Below are positions 31,869 to 32,000 of a DNA stretch of 32,000 nt, in pieces. The notes beneath the pieces were generated by a model. It saw nothing but the letters and a program-made list of their open reading frames with translations. It made no database searches and was not told the DNA's origin. The translations under genes and the position numbers were made by a program. How positions within the stretch are numbered: the first letter of the stretch is position 1; every line of letters begins with the position of its first letter. Source of the stretch: Delftia acidovorans NBRC 14950 (GTDB lineage: Bacteria > Pseudomonadota > Gammaproteobacteria > Burkholderiales > Burkholderiaceae_C); the NCBI RefSeq assembly GCF_001598795.1, contig NZ_BCZP01000005.1, positions 60,001 through 92,000 on the forward strand, written 5' to 3'.

Positions 31869-32000
31869 CTAAAACCTCCGAAAAGGAGTAGCTTGATGCC
31901 AAACGCTGGTGTGCAAAACACGAGCCGACGATGTGCCGCCAGCAACGGCGCATACATTTGCAGTAGTTTCTCGGCGGCAAATGCTTTGTGAGCAGTGCTG

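Overview
This is a high-GC bacterial chromosome segment. Hand counts on sampled 60-nt lines give about 65-68% GC in the backbone. The gene content and an IPTL-CTERM surface protein suggest a beta-proteobacterium, possibly Comamonadaceae-like, but I cannot verify that here. I support about 31 protein-coding genes and found no rRNA, tRNA, CRISPR array or intact mobile element.

Positions 1-23,028 look like ordinary backbone:
- a 5' part of a GntP permease gene that runs off the left edge
- a GNAT acetyltransferase and a nucleotidyltransferase
- a LacI-regulated PotABCD-type ABC transporter coupled to a GpdQ/CpdA-type phosphodiesterase
- an IPTL-CTERM/DUF11 surface protein
- divergent lrp and dadA
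- a nikR / TonB-dependent receptor / DUF4198 nickel-uptake operon with a near-canonical NikR box
- divergent MFS and LysR genes
- divergent DUF2938 and ArsR-rhodanese genes
- an operon of a RibD_C reductase and a TetR regulator
- a nitroreductase
- divergent EamA and MarR genes

At 23,029 the GC content drops sharply and accessory-looking DNA begins. It contains:
- about 0.7 kb of 40-50% GC DNA with only broken ORFs
- a regulator made solely of two tandem LuxR/GerE helix-turn-helix domains
- two adjacent paralogous ORFs (438 and 336 aa) of no family I can recognise. This is my best candidate for an undescribed system.
- a compound microsatellite, (ACGTCC)6(ACGTC)7
- a higher-GC block with gst, an HxlR regulator and an AraC/GyrI regulator
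- a second lower-GC block carrying a secreted DUF1353 protein, a PG_binding_1 + Amidase_2 peptidoglycan amidase, and small or possibly frameshifted ORFs

Many long R/A/G/P-rich ORFs in the six-frame track are antisense or off-frame shadows of these genes, and I rejected them.
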